Numbered from the stretch's first letter, positions 51,732 to 62,451 are shown. The stretch is DNA of 64,000 nucleotides from an uncultured Chlamydiae bacterium (GCA_963730605.1 CAVSSM010000001.1:416001-480000); one strand, 5' to 3'. A program made the numbers and translations. Notes: a model not told the origin generated them from the sequence alone.

Positions 51732-52226
51732 TTATTTGCTCAGAGAGGTCGTGGCGGACTGGTCCTTGACTGCTGGGACTGTCGGCTTGACCGGAGCTGA
51801 GCTACTGACAGAATTTTTTGCCTCAGGAGCTGGCGCGAGCGCTGGAGGAGCCGAAGGCGCTGCGGTTTCTGCCGTCTTTTCTTTGCTTTCGCTTGCGATA
51901 GGCGCTGCCGTCTTCTCTTTTGCCAGGGGGGCTTCCTGCGGCGCTACCTTTATAGCCGGAACGGAAATAGGGGCTGCTATTTTCTCTGCCTCCGGATTTG
52001 TGGAGGGGGCCGATTTTTCTACGGGAGTCGCTGCTACCCCACATGATTTATTTTTTGGTTCGCAAACCGGTTTTGGGCACGGCTTTTCTTTTGGCGGCGC
52101 ACACTTCTGCGGCGCACACTTTGGCTGTCCGCAACCTCCGCCGTTTTGATTTTGCTGGTTCGGTTGGCATGCAAAAGCAAGAGCCAAAACGCTGCCGGCC
52201 AAGAGCCACTTTGAAACATTCTTCAT
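51732..52226 (-). CDS. Cys-rich lipoprotein with Pro/Ala-rich tail (OmcA-like)
   Basis: Signal + LAFAC, six further Cys in a Pro/Lys-rich stretch; GAGG RBS. Confidence 0.7.
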   Translation of the reverse strand: MKNVSKWLLAGSVLALAFACQPNQQNQNGGGCGQPKCAPQKCAPPKEKPCPKPVCEPKNKSCGVAATPVEKSAPSTNPEAEKIAAPISVPAIKVAPQEAPLAKEKTAAPIASESKEKTAETAAPSAPPALAPAPEAKNSVSSSAPVKPTVPAVKDQSATTSLSK

Positions 52227-52358
52227 AAATTTAACCTCGATTGGATTGAAAAAGTCTTAAAACAACTTTTCAAGTTGTTTTGGGTATAAGGTCTCATCTA
52301 CGGATTTTTTCTGCAATGAAGAATTGACTCCCAGCCCTCAGCGTGATAGAGAATAAAT

Positions 52359-54386
52359 ATGCCCTTTTGGAAAATCAAAATCCGTTCGTTTCTTTTGATT
52401 GTGTTTCTCTGCTCGACGATCATTTCCATAGGACTGATCACAACGTTTACCTATGTGAAATATTCAAACTCGATCAACGCGTTTTCCTTGAGGACGATCG
52501 ATCAGTCAAGCCGATTGATTACGAAAACCATCAGCTGTGTCGTCTTGGAAACCGAATCTCTCCCATCACTGGGAATGCATTTCTTTCAGCTCTTCCCAAA
52601 CATCGCTGTGCAAAACAAACACCTCATCGACTCTCTTTTCGAGATTCTCGAACACGACCCCAATCTTTTCGGTTATTATATTGGTCTTCCTGATGGAAGC
52701 TATCTCGAAACATTCAATTTTTTCTTTTTCAAAGAAGATTTTACTTTTCTCGAGCCTGTGCCGAAAAGCGCCCATTTCATTGCTGTGATATTGAGCGCTT
52801 CGGAGAGCAAAATTCCGACCATCCTCTTTTTCGATGAAAATTACGACCTCCTCTCCGATCGACCCCTTGTAATAGATCTTGATCCAAGAAAACTGAGTTG
52901 GTACCAAGGGGCGGTCAATGCCAAAACTCTTTATTGGGCAGATCCTTATCCTCAGTTCTACAAACATACCGATCGCGGTTTTACAGCAGCGGAGCCTTTT
53001 TACGACAAAAATGGTCGATTGATGGCAGTCATCGCAACCGATATCCCATACAACCGGGTTTCCGACTTGCTCACAAAAGAGCATATCAGTGCAAACGGGA
53101 AAGTTTTTGTCGTGGATGCAAACGGCAAAATATTCCTCCCTAAGGGAGAAATCAGCGAGTCTGATCAAGAGATCGCCTCCCTTGCTTATACTACTTTTGA
53201 GAATACTAAACAACCTGATTTCTCTTATGATTTTAAAGATAAGGTCTATCTCGTATCATGTCAGCCGTTTCCTACTTCTTTTGACAAGCACTGGACCATC
53301 ATCACCATCGCTCCTCGCTCTGATTTTTTTGCCGACCTCCTCGCAACCCAGCGCGCTGCCCTCCTTCTTTCGTTAGCAGTGGTAGCCGCCGCTTCCCTCT
53401 TCATCATTCTCGTTTCGATCCGTATTTCAAAACCGATCGTTCAATTGACAAAAGAAATCGACCGGATCGCAAAGCTCGATCTCGAAAGCACAACTGAAAT
53501 CCGTTCCTCCATCGAGGAAATCGGGCTCATCGGCGCCTCGGTCGAATCGATGAGAACCGCGCTCCGCTCTTTTGGCCATTATGTGCCGAAAGAGCTGGCA
53601 AAACGGCTCATGATGGAAAAAAACGAAATCGCCCTTGGCGGAGAAAAGAAAACGATCTCCATTTTCTTCACCGACATCGACAATTTCACTTCGATTACAG
53701 AAACGCTCCCGATCGAACAGCTAAGCGCCCAGCTCACCGAATACCTTGAAGCCTTGACCAAAATCATCACAGATTGCGGGGGGACGATCGACAAATACAT
53801 AGGCGACAGCATCATGTCAATCTGGGGAGCGCCGGGAGACCTGCCCGATTTTGCCGCTAAAGCCTGCAAGGCTGCGCTGCTTTGTCAAAAAAGGCTGGCC
53901 CGCCTGCATGAGGAATGGAGAAAAAAAGGGATGCCCCTCTTTGATACGAGGATGGCCATCGCAACAGGTTCCGTATTCGTAGGAAATTTCGGGACAAATG
54001 AAAGGATGATCTATTCGGCGCTCGGCGATACCGTGAACATCGCCTCCCGGTTACAATCGCTGAATAAAACATACCATACGCGCATCATCGTCGAAGAAGA
54101 TACGATCGCCGCAGCTGGCGCTCAATTCCTCTCCCGCCCCCTGGAAATCGCCGAGGTGAGAGGCAAAAGAAACAAACTCAAGATCTTTGAACTCGTCGCC
54201 TTAAGAGAGGAGAAGCCTGAAATCCGCCCCACCTTGCAGCAAATCGAACTTTGCGACTCGTTCAGAGCGGCTTACGACGCCTTTGAAAAAGGCGCTCTTG
54301 GGGAGGCAAAAAGGCTCTTTCAAGCCATCCAAGAAAAGTTCCCAGGCGACTATCCTACCAAACTCTATCTCGATAGATTGAAGTAA
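52359..54386 (+). CDS. Membrane class III adenylate/guanylate cyclase (Cache-HAMP-cyclase)
   Basis: FFTDIDNFT, IDKYIGDSIM, GDTVNIASRLQ, VRGK; two TM helices. Confidence 0.92.
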   Translation: MPFWKIKIRSFLLIVFLCSTIISIGLITTFTYVKYSNSINAFSLRTIDQSSRLITKTISCVVLETESLPSLGMHFFQLFPNIAVQNKHLIDSLFEILEHDPNLFGYYIGLPDGSYLETFNFFFFKEDFTFLEPVPKSAHFIAVILSASESKIPTILFFDENYDLLSDRPLVIDLDPRKLSWYQGAVNAKTLYWADPYPQFYKHTDRGFTAAEPFYDKNGRLMAVIATDIPYNRVSDLLTKEHISANGKVFVVDANGKIFLPKGEISESDQEIASLAYTTFENTKQPDFSYDFKDKVYLVSCQPFPTSFDKHWTIITIAPRSDFFADLLATQRAALLLSLAVVAAASLFIILVSIRISKPIVQLTKEIDRIAKLDLESTTEIRSSIEEIGLIGASVESMRTALRSFGHYVPKELAKRLMMEKNEIALGGEKKTISIFFTDIDNFTSITETLPIEQLSAQLTEYLEALTKIITDCGGTIDKYIGDSIMSIWGAPGDLPDFAAKACKAALLCQKRLARLHEEWRKKGMPLFDTRMAIATGSVFVGNFGTNERMIYSALGDTVNIASRLQSLNKTYHTRIIVEEDTIAAAGAQFLSRPLEIAEVRGKRNKLKIFELVALREEKPEIRPTLQQIELCDSFRAAYDAFEKGALGEAKRLFQAIQEKFPGDYPTKLYLDRLK

Positions 54387-54458
54387 GAGGGTGTCTACAA
54401 TGTGAGGTTCTGTCGATTTTTCGGTTCTTTTGAGCCGATTCACTTTGTAGACACCCTC
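54387..54458. mobile_element. 72-bp MITE (IS5-like) at the cyclase stop codon
   Basis: TIR GAGGGTGTCTAC, TAA duplication at 54384-86 and 54459-61. Confidence 0.88.
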
Positions 54459-54463
54459 TAAGA

Positions 54464-54651
54464 AACGCGAGTTTCGGATAACAAAGGCTGAGATGCAAAG
54501 GGATCGCTCTGCAGATTTTAAGCGGCCGGGAGAAGCCCATAGCGGAACGCCCTTACGGGCGAGCGCGGCCTTTGGCGCGTTTCTTTGCCGCTCCAAATCT
54601 GCCAGCGAGGATTTGCAGATCAGCTCTACTTTGTTATCCGAAACTCGCGTT
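54464..54651. mobile_element. MITE / palindromic element
   Basis: 23-bp perfect IR AACGCGAGTTTCGGATAACAAAG. Confidence 0.8.
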
Positions 54652-54658
54652 AACCTCT

Positions 54659-54674
54659 TGGCACGGTTTTTGCA
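54659..54674 (+). promoter_or_regulatory. Sigma54 -24/-12 promoter
   Basis: TGGCACGGTTTTTGCA = TGGCAC-N5-TTGCA, ~35 bp before the ATG at 54709. Confidence 0.85.
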
Positions 54675-54708
54675 TCTGGAATAGTGGGCGAAACCAAGAG
54701 GTGCACCC

Positions 54709-54924
54709 ATGAAACACAAGGTTCTCCTGAATAAGCTCGCCAAGCTCGAGACGGTCAATGACCAATTGGCGGCAGAAATCCATTACTTGGAACAGCTTAC
54801 CCGCGCTTTAGGATTCGCGGAAGGGCTAAAGACGCTCAAAGCCGCAGCGCTTGAGATGCTCGAAGCGGAACAAAAAAAAGGAGCTAAGACAGAAGATGGA
54901 GCAAATCCTCCTCTGTCCAATTGA
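54709..54924 (+). CDS. Small conserved chlamydial protein (resembles CT652.1 from memory)
   Basis: LAKLETVNDQL...LGFAEGLKTLKAAALE; GAGG RBS; sigma54 promoter. Confidence 0.75.
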   Translation: MKHKVLLNKLAKLETVNDQLAAEIHYLEQLTRALGFAEGLKTLKAAALEMLEAEQKKGAKTEDGANPPLSN

Positions 54925-57289
54925 ACGCTGCCGAGGACTCAAGAAGAGCTTCCGCCTTTTCGCGCTTGTCCGACTTGATTTGCAGCATCTTCTCTTCGAT
55001 GGTCGAGGGGGTAATGTAGCGCTTTGCGATGACGGTTTTCTTCTGGCCGATCCGGTGCGCCCGGTCGATCGCTTGGTTTTCGACCGCCTCATTCCACCAG
55101 GGGTCGAAAAGGAGGACATAGTCGGCGGCCGTCAGGTTCAGCCCCACCCCTCCGGCCTTGAGGCTCAAAAGAAAAAGGGGAACCCCGGGATCTTCCTGGA
55201 AACGGCGCACCCGCTCCGTTCGCTCAAGCGGCGCGACCGACCCATCCAAATAGAGGAAAGGCCAGCAAAGTTCCTGGCCGATCAGGGCCAGCATCGAAGT
55301 GAATTGACTGTAGATCAGCACTTTCCTCTTTTCCTGCATGGCCTCTTCCACATCCAAAAGGAGCCTCTCGATCTTAGCGCCCTTGAACTCCTTGCCGACA
55401 AGGCGCGGATCGGCGGCGATCTGCCTGAGCCTTAAAATCGCTTCCAAGATCTCCATCCTGTGGGCAGCGGTGCCGCTCTCTCCGATTTTTTTCAACAGCC
55501 CCGTCTTGATCCCCTCAATGTAGGAATCGTAGAGTTGCCTTTGCTCCTCAACCATTTCTACCCAAGAAATCTGCTCCATCTTGTCGGGAAGATCAAGCTC
55601 GTCCTTTTTTCTCCTAAGGATAAATGGTTTTATTTTCCCGGCGTCGGCCTCGATGTCTTGGATCAAGCCGGGCATGAGGAACCGGAACTGCGAGGCGATC
55701 TCCTCGGCCCTATTCTCGATCGGCGTTCCGTTCAGGGCAATCCGGAAACGCCCCCGCAAACGGCAAGCGGCCTTCGCGGTCTGAGTCGTAAACGTCTTAA
55801 CCGCATGCGACTCGTCGAGGACGATCGCCTCAAAGTCCGTTTCAGTCAGGACTTCCTCATCGATCCGAAGCAAGGCGTAAGATGTGATGAGGTACTGGCA
55901 TTGGGGAACTTTTGAGCCCCTAGCCGCTCCCGTGTGGACGATGGCGGAAGCTTCTGGCAAAAAGCGCAGGATTTCCGCTTGCCAATGATAGAGAAGGGAG
56001 GAGGGGGCGACGATGAGGATCGGCAAATTTGTCCGGATACGGGAAAAAAATGCCAGCACCTGGACCGTTTTGCCAAGCCCCATCTCATCGGCCAAAAGCG
56101 CAGAAAACCCTTGATTGTAGAGAAACCAAAGCCAATCGAGCCCTTTTTGCTGATGGGGCAGGAGCTCTCCGCGAAAGCCTGGGCCGGCAGGGGCTGCCTC
56201 CAGATCCGCTCCCTCTTTCAATCCTCTCACAGTCCGAAGAAGGGCCTCTTCCCACTGGGCCTCTGAGGAGTCGAGAAGAGGGATCAATTGAGAAAGCTCT
56301 GTCCGTTTGACCCTCAAGGTTTCCCCCACCCACTCACCTTCTGGCAGCTCCCCTAACTTTTGGTCAAGAAGACCAAAGGATCCGTGATCGATTTCGACAA
56401 ACAGCCGCCCCTGTTTGAGCCCAGGTTTGAGCGTAGAGCAAAGAGGGATTTGCTTTTCTTGAAAAAAGGCAATTCCCCGTACGGCCACGCACCCATTAAC
56501 TTCTTTCAAATCCCACTCGATCTTCGTTTGGCGAAAAAGCCGTTTTCCAAGGAGAAAAATTTCCCATCCGACATCGAGGAGAAGCGCCAGGGATTCCCGG
56601 ACTTGATCGCCTGGGCAGAAATAATGAGAAGCTCCCACTGTTTTGCACATGTACCCGGCCTCATGGAGGTCTTTTTCCCATTCGGGATTTTGCCTTTCCA
56701 GATTGGCGAAACATCCTGTGGAATCGGTGAGATGAAGGCGCGGCGGCGCTTCGCTTTTCAGCCATTGAATCGGAGGCTCCTCCTCAAGGAATCGCTTCTT
56801 CCGAGTCCCTTCAAGAAAAATTGGGCCTTTCAGAAATGGCTCCACCCATTTCCATGGCAGCGGAGAGTCGACCGGAAATGCCTTTCCTCTCCAAATGCAC
56901 CAGGCGGGAAATATTTTCTCGCACGCTTCGATGGGAATTGCCTCATCTCCCCGCTGCAGCCAGGCCGAGAAAAGCCCTGCATCGTCGCCCCGCCATGACA
57001 GTTTAGCGGGGATGCGCCACTCGGAAAGGAGCGGCAGTCCCGTTTTGGCAAGAAGGCAGAGAGCCTCGAGAACATCAGCTGCGGGGATTTCGATCTTGTT
57101 GAAGGAGAGGGTTTCGGAGTCTCTCGAAAAACGAGTGAGGATTTTCTTCAAAAAAAGGAGCGCTTCCTTGTCTTCGAGAGAAGAGAGCGCCTGAAGAGTG
57201 TCCCAGTAGAGGACGCGGCGAGGGGCTCCTTTTTCTTCGATTTTGAGGGAAAGACCTGCTCCCTGAAACGAGATTAGGTACTGCAGCAT
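54884..57289 (-). CDS. SNF2/SWI2-family helicase
   Basis: LADEMGLGKT, LDESHAVK, GTPIEN, SLKAGGVGLNLTAAD, QAIDRAHRIGQ. Confidence 0.95.
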   Translation of the reverse strand: MLQYLISFQGAGLSLKIEEKGAPRRVLYWDTLQALSSLEDKEALLFLKKILTRFSRDSETLSFNKIEIPAADVLEALCLLAKTGLPLLSEWRIPAKLSWRGDDAGLFSAWLQRGDEAIPIEACEKIFPAWCIWRGKAFPVDSPLPWKWVEPFLKGPIFLEGTRKKRFLEEEPPIQWLKSEAPPRLHLTDSTGCFANLERQNPEWEKDLHEAGYMCKTVGASHYFCPGDQVRESLALLLDVGWEIFLLGKRLFRQTKIEWDLKEVNGCVAVRGIAFFQEKQIPLCSTLKPGLKQGRLFVEIDHGSFGLLDQKLGELPEGEWVGETLRVKRTELSQLIPLLDSSEAQWEEALLRTVRGLKEGADLEAAPAGPGFRGELLPHQQKGLDWLWFLYNQGFSALLADEMGLGKTVQVLAFFSRIRTNLPILIVAPSSLLYHWQAEILRFLPEASAIVHTGAARGSKVPQCQYLITSYALLRIDEEVLTETDFEAIVLDESHAVKTFTTQTAKAACRLRGRFRIALNGTPIENRAEEIASQFRFLMPGLIQDIEADAGKIKPFILRRKKDELDLPDKMEQISWVEMVEEQRQLYDSYIEGIKTGLLKKIGESGTAAHRMEILEAILRLRQIAADPRLVGKEFKGAKIERLLLDVEEAMQEKRKVLIYSQFTSMLALIGQELCWPFLYLDGSVAPLERTERVRRFQEDPGVPLFLLSLKAGGVGLNLTAADYVLLFDPWWNEAVENQAIDRAHRIGQKKTVIAKRYITPSTIEEKMLQIKSDKREKAEALLESSAAFNWTEEDLLHLLS

Positions 57290-58194
57290 GCCATCTTTCT
57301 AAAAGGCTTGGCGCTATCCGTAAAAGGGCGGATCCGCCCTGTCCTGCATGCATCTTTGCAGCAGCCCTGGTGCGCTCGCCTGCAGTTCTGGCAGCAAAAG
57401 AAAAGAACGTTGCAGTCCATGTTCGCGCAATTGTAGTAGACGTCGTTCGGGGCGCCGCAATAAGAGCAGGAGCTGATCGTCTCCCCTTTCAGAGAGAGCG
57501 GAACGACAAGACGGTCGTCGAAAACGAAGAGCTTTCCTTTCCAATGGTCAGCTCCTTCGTCGAGTCCGTATTGAATAACCCCCCCTTCGAGCTGATAGAC
57601 TTTCTCAAACCCTTCTTTTTTCAAGACCGCTGAATAAAATTCGCAGCGGATCCCGCCCGTGCAATACATCATGACGGGGGTTTTAGCTGGATCGCTACTC
57701 TGTTTCAATTGCTTTGCATATTCGGGAAATTGACGGAACTGCTCTAATTTCGGCAGTTCAGCGCCCTCGAAGTGGCCCGCCATCCATTCATAATCATTAC
57801 GGACATCGAGAAGGAGGGTCTCCGGGTCTTTCGCTTCGAGCATCTTCTTCCAAACTTTCGGAGAAACAGGCTCCCCCCGGTTGGAAAAATCGACCTCGCA
57901 GTCGATCGCGACAAGCTGCTTGCGGTATTTGATCGTCATCTTCGGGAACGCGTGCTCATCTGCTCTATGGATTTTAAAGGAGACTCCAGAAAACCTGGAG
58001 TCGGAGCGGAGCCAATCCATATATTCCTCTGCATGAGCGGCGACCCCGCTCGCTTGGCCATTGATCCCTTGCTCGGAAATATAGATCCGGCCAGTGAAAT
58101 CGCGCGAGGTAAAGAATTCTTTATGGCGCAAGACCTCAGCATGAGGGTCATCGATCGACTGGATTGCGTAATAGGCTAAGATTGAATATCTCAT
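57274..58194 (-). CDS. trhO: Rhodanese-domain tRNA uridine(34) hydroxylase
   Basis: GRIYISEQGING, LDVRNDYE, MYCTGGIRCE, WKGKLFVFDDR. Confidence 0.92.
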   Translation of the reverse strand: MRYSILAYYAIQSIDDPHAEVLRHKEFFTSRDFTGRIYISEQGINGQASGVAAHAEEYMDWLRSDSRFSGVSFKIHRADEHAFPKMTIKYRKQLVAIDCEVDFSNRGEPVSPKVWKKMLEAKDPETLLLDVRNDYEWMAGHFEGAELPKLEQFRQFPEYAKQLKQSSDPAKTPVMMYCTGGIRCEFYSAVLKKEGFEKVYQLEGGVIQYGLDEGADHWKGKLFVFDDRLVVPLSLKGETISSCSYCGAPNDVYYNCANMDCNVLFFCCQNCRRAHQGCCKDACRTGRIRPFTDSAKPFRKMACCST

Positions 58195-58335
58195 AGAAGG
58201 AAATTCTACAAGATCCCGAGCAATTCGGGCAAGAGGGCGTCTTGGTAAGTTTTAATTTGAGCATTTGCGGCTTGTCCAAAAAATCCCCCATTGCTACACT
58301 GTCATGCTTTAAACCGAACTATTCTCGGAGAAACA

Positions 58336-58956
58336 ATGGCTCGTTACAGAGGTCCTAAAAATCGCATCGCCCGCAGGTTCGCCGCAAACATCTTCGGCAA
58401 AGCCCGCAACCCGCTCCTCCACAAACAACACCCTCCCGGCATGCACGGCGCAAAACGGAAGAAAAAATCGGATTATGGCATCCAGCTCGACGAGCGTCAA
58501 AAACTCAAGGCTGTCTACGGCATGATCAGCTACAAACAATTGGTCAACGCCTATAAAAAGGCTCTTCTTACTAAAGGCAACACCGCCCAGCTCTTCCTCG
58601 AGCATCTCGAATGCCGTCTCGATAACGTCGTCTACCGTCTTCGCCTGGCTCCTTCGATCTTCGCGGCGCAGCAGCTCGTAACGCATGGGCATATCCAAGT
58701 CGATGGCAAAAAAGTAGACCGCCGCTCTTTCCAGGTCAGGCCTGGAATGACGGTTTCCATCAAGCCGGCATCCCGCCAGATGAAAGTGATTCTGCATGCT
58801 CAAGAGCAAGCGAACCGCGACATCCCGGAATACTTCTCTTTAGGAGATGACAAGTTCTCTGGAACCGTTGTTTCTTCCCCCCAGCTAGACCAGGTACCCC
58901 TCCCTCTCCCGATCAATATTCCGCTCGTCTGCGAGTTCATCTCCCACACGACCTAA
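58336..58956 (+). CDS. rpsD: 30S ribosomal protein S4
   Basis: MARYRGP, PPGMHG, SDYGIQLDERQKLK, LECRLDNVVYRL. Confidence 0.97.
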   Translation: MARYRGPKNRIARRFAANIFGKARNPLLHKQHPPGMHGAKRKKKSDYGIQLDERQKLKAVYGMISYKQLVNAYKKALLTKGNTAQLFLEHLECRLDNVVYRLRLAPSIFAAQQLVTHGHIQVDGKKVDRRSFQVRPGMTVSIKPASRQMKVILHAQEQANRDIPEYFSLGDDKFSGTVVSSPQLDQVPLPLPINIPLVCEFISHTT

Positions 58957-59039
58957 GCTGTTCGAGGCGGACCCGCGCGGGCTCTTCAAAAACCCCGAGC
59001 TGTTCGAGGCGGACCCGCGCGGGCTCTTCAAAAACCCCG
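58956..59039. repeat. Perfect 42-bp tandem duplication after rpsD
   Basis: AGCTGTTCGAGGCGGACCCGCGCGGGCTCTTCAAAAACCCCG x2. Confidence 0.9.
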
Positions 59040-59221
59040 CGCTATACCGCGCCCGCTCATCTTGAGTGAATTTTGTTGAGCATCTTTTTTGCTCCAGCGC
59101 ATTGCTCGATCTCGTTAACATTGTGCAAGTTGGACTCGATCTCCGCAATGCCACTGGAGCCAAAAATCTGCTGTCAAAATTCACACAACCTAAGCGGGCG
59201 CGGTATAACTCACGAGGTTTT

Positions 59222-59812
59222 TTATTTTAAAAGCTCATCCAAAAACTTATCAACACACTTATCCAACCTTGAGTACACATCTTTGACCACATTTATGCCC
59301 GGTCTTGGCATCGTCGAATTTGTGTGTCCATGTTGATTGCACATGACAACAACCTGTTCCTCATGACCATCTAATGTGCATCGATTACTATTTTCCAATT
59401 TTGCGAAGACGCCTGGACCAGAAAAGTCATACTTTGCCATTGACTTACGTGAAGTGGATTCCGTTGCGGAAACTTGGTGTGCCGTGCACATATTTTTATT
59501 ATAAAACGCATTCTTGACAATCGGCTCTTCACAAGCTACAAGGTCGAAGGTAGGTCTTTTAGGAACAATGGGCGATCTTTCCTTCACGAAATAAGAAGCT
59601 ACATAGTCACGCACCATGGTAATCGTCTCAATAACCCTAGCTTCTAAATGATCGATAGATGACCTTTCCCCCATGAAAGAAGAGTATGTATTGGTACTGG
59701 CACGCAAGAGTGTAAGACAGTCAATAATCATTCCCAGATCCGGGATTCTTCGGATGCCAATGCCACCTATATTTAACACTGGATTTCTAAAATTAACATT
59801 TACAAAAAACAT
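59222..59812 (-). CDS. AT-rich hypothetical protein
   Basis: 196-aa ORF with GAGG RBS; no recognised motif. Confidence 0.6.
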   Translation of the reverse strand: MFFVNVNFRNPVLNIGGIGIRRIPDLGMIIDCLTLLRASTNTYSSFMGERSSIDHLEARVIETITMVRDYVASYFVKERSPIVPKRPTFDLVACEEPIVKNAFYNKNMCTAHQVSATESTSRKSMAKYDFSGPGVFAKLENSNRCTLDGHEEQVVVMCNQHGHTNSTMPRPGINVVKDVYSRLDKCVDKFLDELLK

Positions 59813-59968
59813 ATAGACCTCTATTTTATTTTAGTACAAAAAATAATTGTACCAACAAACTGATTAAATTTATAGTCCAAATTATCCAAATATTCGTGGC
59901 TGCGGAATCTTCGCAGAGCAGATGAGCGAAGCGAATCGGCCCGAAGGAAGACTAGCCCAAGCCATGTG

Positions 59969-61543
59969 TCATCTACTTGGAGAGCGGGTTACTAAGAAGC
60001 TGAAAATTTCATGGAGTCTGAGCATCCGCGCGCATCCTAAGAATGAGGCTAAATAGACCGCCCCCATCCCTCCAAACTGCAACGTCTGCGGGAGAGTTCT
60101 CCGGGTAAAGGAAAAACTTTCCCCGGCGCATACGGCCAAAGTCCCATCTCCTAGCCACGCCCCGCAAGCCAGGCTGCAAGAGCAAGCGAGAATGCTGGCA
60201 ACTGTAAGTTTGGCTAGATATCCCCAAAATCTTGACTCCAAGTTTTGCCCGCGCATAAGTAGCGCGCAATTGAGCCAAGCGCTGACGCTCGTCGCAAGGG
60301 CGATGCTGACCGCTCCCCAATGAAAGCCGAAGACAAGCACCGCATTGAAGAGGACGTTCATGGCGACGGAAAGGAGCGACGCGGCTGTTGGGGATCCATA
60401 GGATTTTTTTGCGAAGCTGCCGGCGGCAAGAAGCAAAACGAAGCTGGCAGGCACGAGGCCAAGTCCATAGGCCCAAAGGCAAAGGAGCGTCTCCTGAAGA
60501 TCAGCGGGAGAAAAATGGCCTCGGCCGTAGAGAAGATTGAGGCCGGAGGCGCCAAGAGTAAACAGGCCGAGGGCGCAGGGCACCATCAAAGCGGCCGCAT
60601 AGCGAAGCGAGCTGGAAAGGAGTCCCCGGTAGCGATCGAGGTCGCCGTCCTGCATCGCACGTGAAAGCGGCGGCAAAAGCGCCCCGGAGAGGGCGATGCC
60701 GAAAAGGGCGAGCGGAAGCTGCTGCACGCGGATCGCATACCAAAGGAATGTGGGGCCCGATGGATCCGCGATCCGGGCAAAGATCGCATCGAGGGCGCTA
60801 TTGATCTGCATCGCCCCGATCCCTACCGCCCCGAGAGCCATCGGCCTCATGATCTTCTTCCAGTCAGGAGAAAAAAACCTTGGGCGGAGCCATTCTCTCC
60901 AATTCAAATGAACTCTCACCTCTTTTCTTGCGACCATTGCCGTCGCTCCCCATTGAGCGGCAAAAGAGAGCGTCACGCCGATGCTCAACAAGCGGACCGC
61001 TTCCGGTAAAGAGAAGCGGGCGGCGAAGAGGGCGCAAAAGATCCAGACGGCATTAAAAAGAACGGGGGCGATCGCGCTTGAGAAATATTTTTTCTGGCAC
61101 TGAAGAAGAGCACCATTTAACGCGGAGAGGCAGATGAAGAGGAGTCCTGGGGCCATCCATAATGCAAGAGTCGCGATTTCGCGCCATGCGGGAGGCAAAC
61201 TCCCGAGCATGAACCAGAGGGCTCCCATAACGGCCACGATCAAAGCAAGAAGCCCCGCAAGGAGGGAATAGGCCGAGTCGCGGTAGAAAGCAAAAGCGGC
61301 CTCAGGGCTCTTTGCCCGAAGCGTTTCAAAATGGGGAACGAAGCCGGATTGGAGATTTCCCTCCCCGACGAGGCGGCGCAGCAAGTTCGCAAGCCGGTAG
61401 GCCACCATGAAAGCGGCGATTTCAGGCGCGGCGCCAAAGCAAAAAGCCATGGCCATATCGCGGAAAAGTCCGCTCAAGCGGCTTAAAGTCGTGCCGGCAA
61501 AAAAATATTTCGCCGATCTGAGGATGGAGTGAGCGGTATCCAT
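59969..61543 (-). CDS. murJ: Lipid II flippase
   Basis: TTLSRLSGLFRD, RLANLLRRLVGEG, RVQQLPLALFG. Confidence 0.95.
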   Translation of the reverse strand: MDTAHSILRSAKYFFAGTTLSRLSGLFRDMAMAFCFGAAPEIAAFMVAYRLANLLRRLVGEGNLQSGFVPHFETLRAKSPEAAFAFYRDSAYSLLAGLLALIVAVMGALWFMLGSLPPAWREIATLALWMAPGLLFICLSALNGALLQCQKKYFSSAIAPVLFNAVWIFCALFAARFSLPEAVRLLSIGVTLSFAAQWGATAMVARKEVRVHLNWREWLRPRFFSPDWKKIMRPMALGAVGIGAMQINSALDAIFARIADPSGPTFLWYAIRVQQLPLALFGIALSGALLPPLSRAMQDGDLDRYRGLLSSSLRYAAALMVPCALGLFTLGASGLNLLYGRGHFSPADLQETLLCLWAYGLGLVPASFVLLLAAGSFAKKSYGSPTAASLLSVAMNVLFNAVLVFGFHWGAVSIALATSVSAWLNCALLMRGQNLESRFWGYLAKLTVASILACSCSLACGAWLGDGTLAVCAGESFSFTRRTLPQTLQFGGMGAVYLASFLGCARMLRLHEIFSFLVTRSPSR

Positions 61544-61589
61544 AGTTGTATTGTTGTCTTTTCAGAGAAAATACATTAACATGGTCGCC

Positions 61590-62439
61590 ATGACGAAGCA
61601 AATTTGGCTTGGCGCACACACTTCGGCGGCAGGGGGGTCGTTCAATGCCCTCTATGAAGGACGAGAAATCGGCGCGTCCGCCATCCAGCTTTTCACAAGC
61701 AACCAAAAACAATGGCAGGGCCGCAAGATCGGCGATGAAGAGGTCAAGCTCTGGGAAAAAGCCTTGGAGGAAACCGGGATCCGGGAAGTGATGAGCCATG
61801 ATAGCTACTTGATCAACCTGGGCTCGCCCGACCCGGAGCTTCTCCGCAAAAGCCGACGGGCTTTCCGCGAGGAGATCGAACGGTGCCAATTGTTGAAAAT
61901 CCCCTATTTAAATTTCCATCCGGGCGCTGCCACAGACAAGGATGTTGCCAAGTGCCTCGCGAGCATCGCTGAAAGCCTTCTCGAAAATGAATCTCTCCTC
62001 CATCAAGGAAAAACAAGGCTCCTCTTAGAAACGACAGCCGGACAAGGGACGAGCGTCGGCTACCGGTTCGAACACATCGCGGAGATCATCCGACGATGTG
62101 CATCGAAAAGTCCCTATCGGCGTTTGCATCGACACTTGCCATATCTTCGTCGCCGGTTACGACATCAGAACCAGAGACGGCTGGGAAAAGACGCTGAAGG
62201 AATTCGATGAGATCATCGGGCTCTCCCATCTCTATGCTTTTCATCTGAATGATTCCCAAAAAGATCTCGGGTCCCGGGTCGATCGGCATGCTTGCATCGG
62301 CCAGGGCAAAATTGGGTCGGAGTCGTTCCAGTTTCTGATGACGGCGCCGCAAACGGCCGCTTTACCCAAATATTTGGAGACGCCCGATGGACCTAGCAGT
62401 TGGAAAAAAGAAATTACCGAGCTTAGAGGGTATTGCTGA
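61590..62439 (+). CDS. nfo: Endonuclease IV, apparent +1 frameshift near 62090
   Basis: [27 protein letters not shown], then IDTCHIF, HLNDS, DRH, LETP in the next frame. Confidence 0.92.
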
Positions 62440-62451
62440 ATTAAGGCTTCA

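Noticed and set aside
58956..59039. 42-bp duplication after rpsD as a regulatory RNA
   Set aside because: Only two exact copies with no further evidence; a simple slippage or assembly duplication is sufficient.
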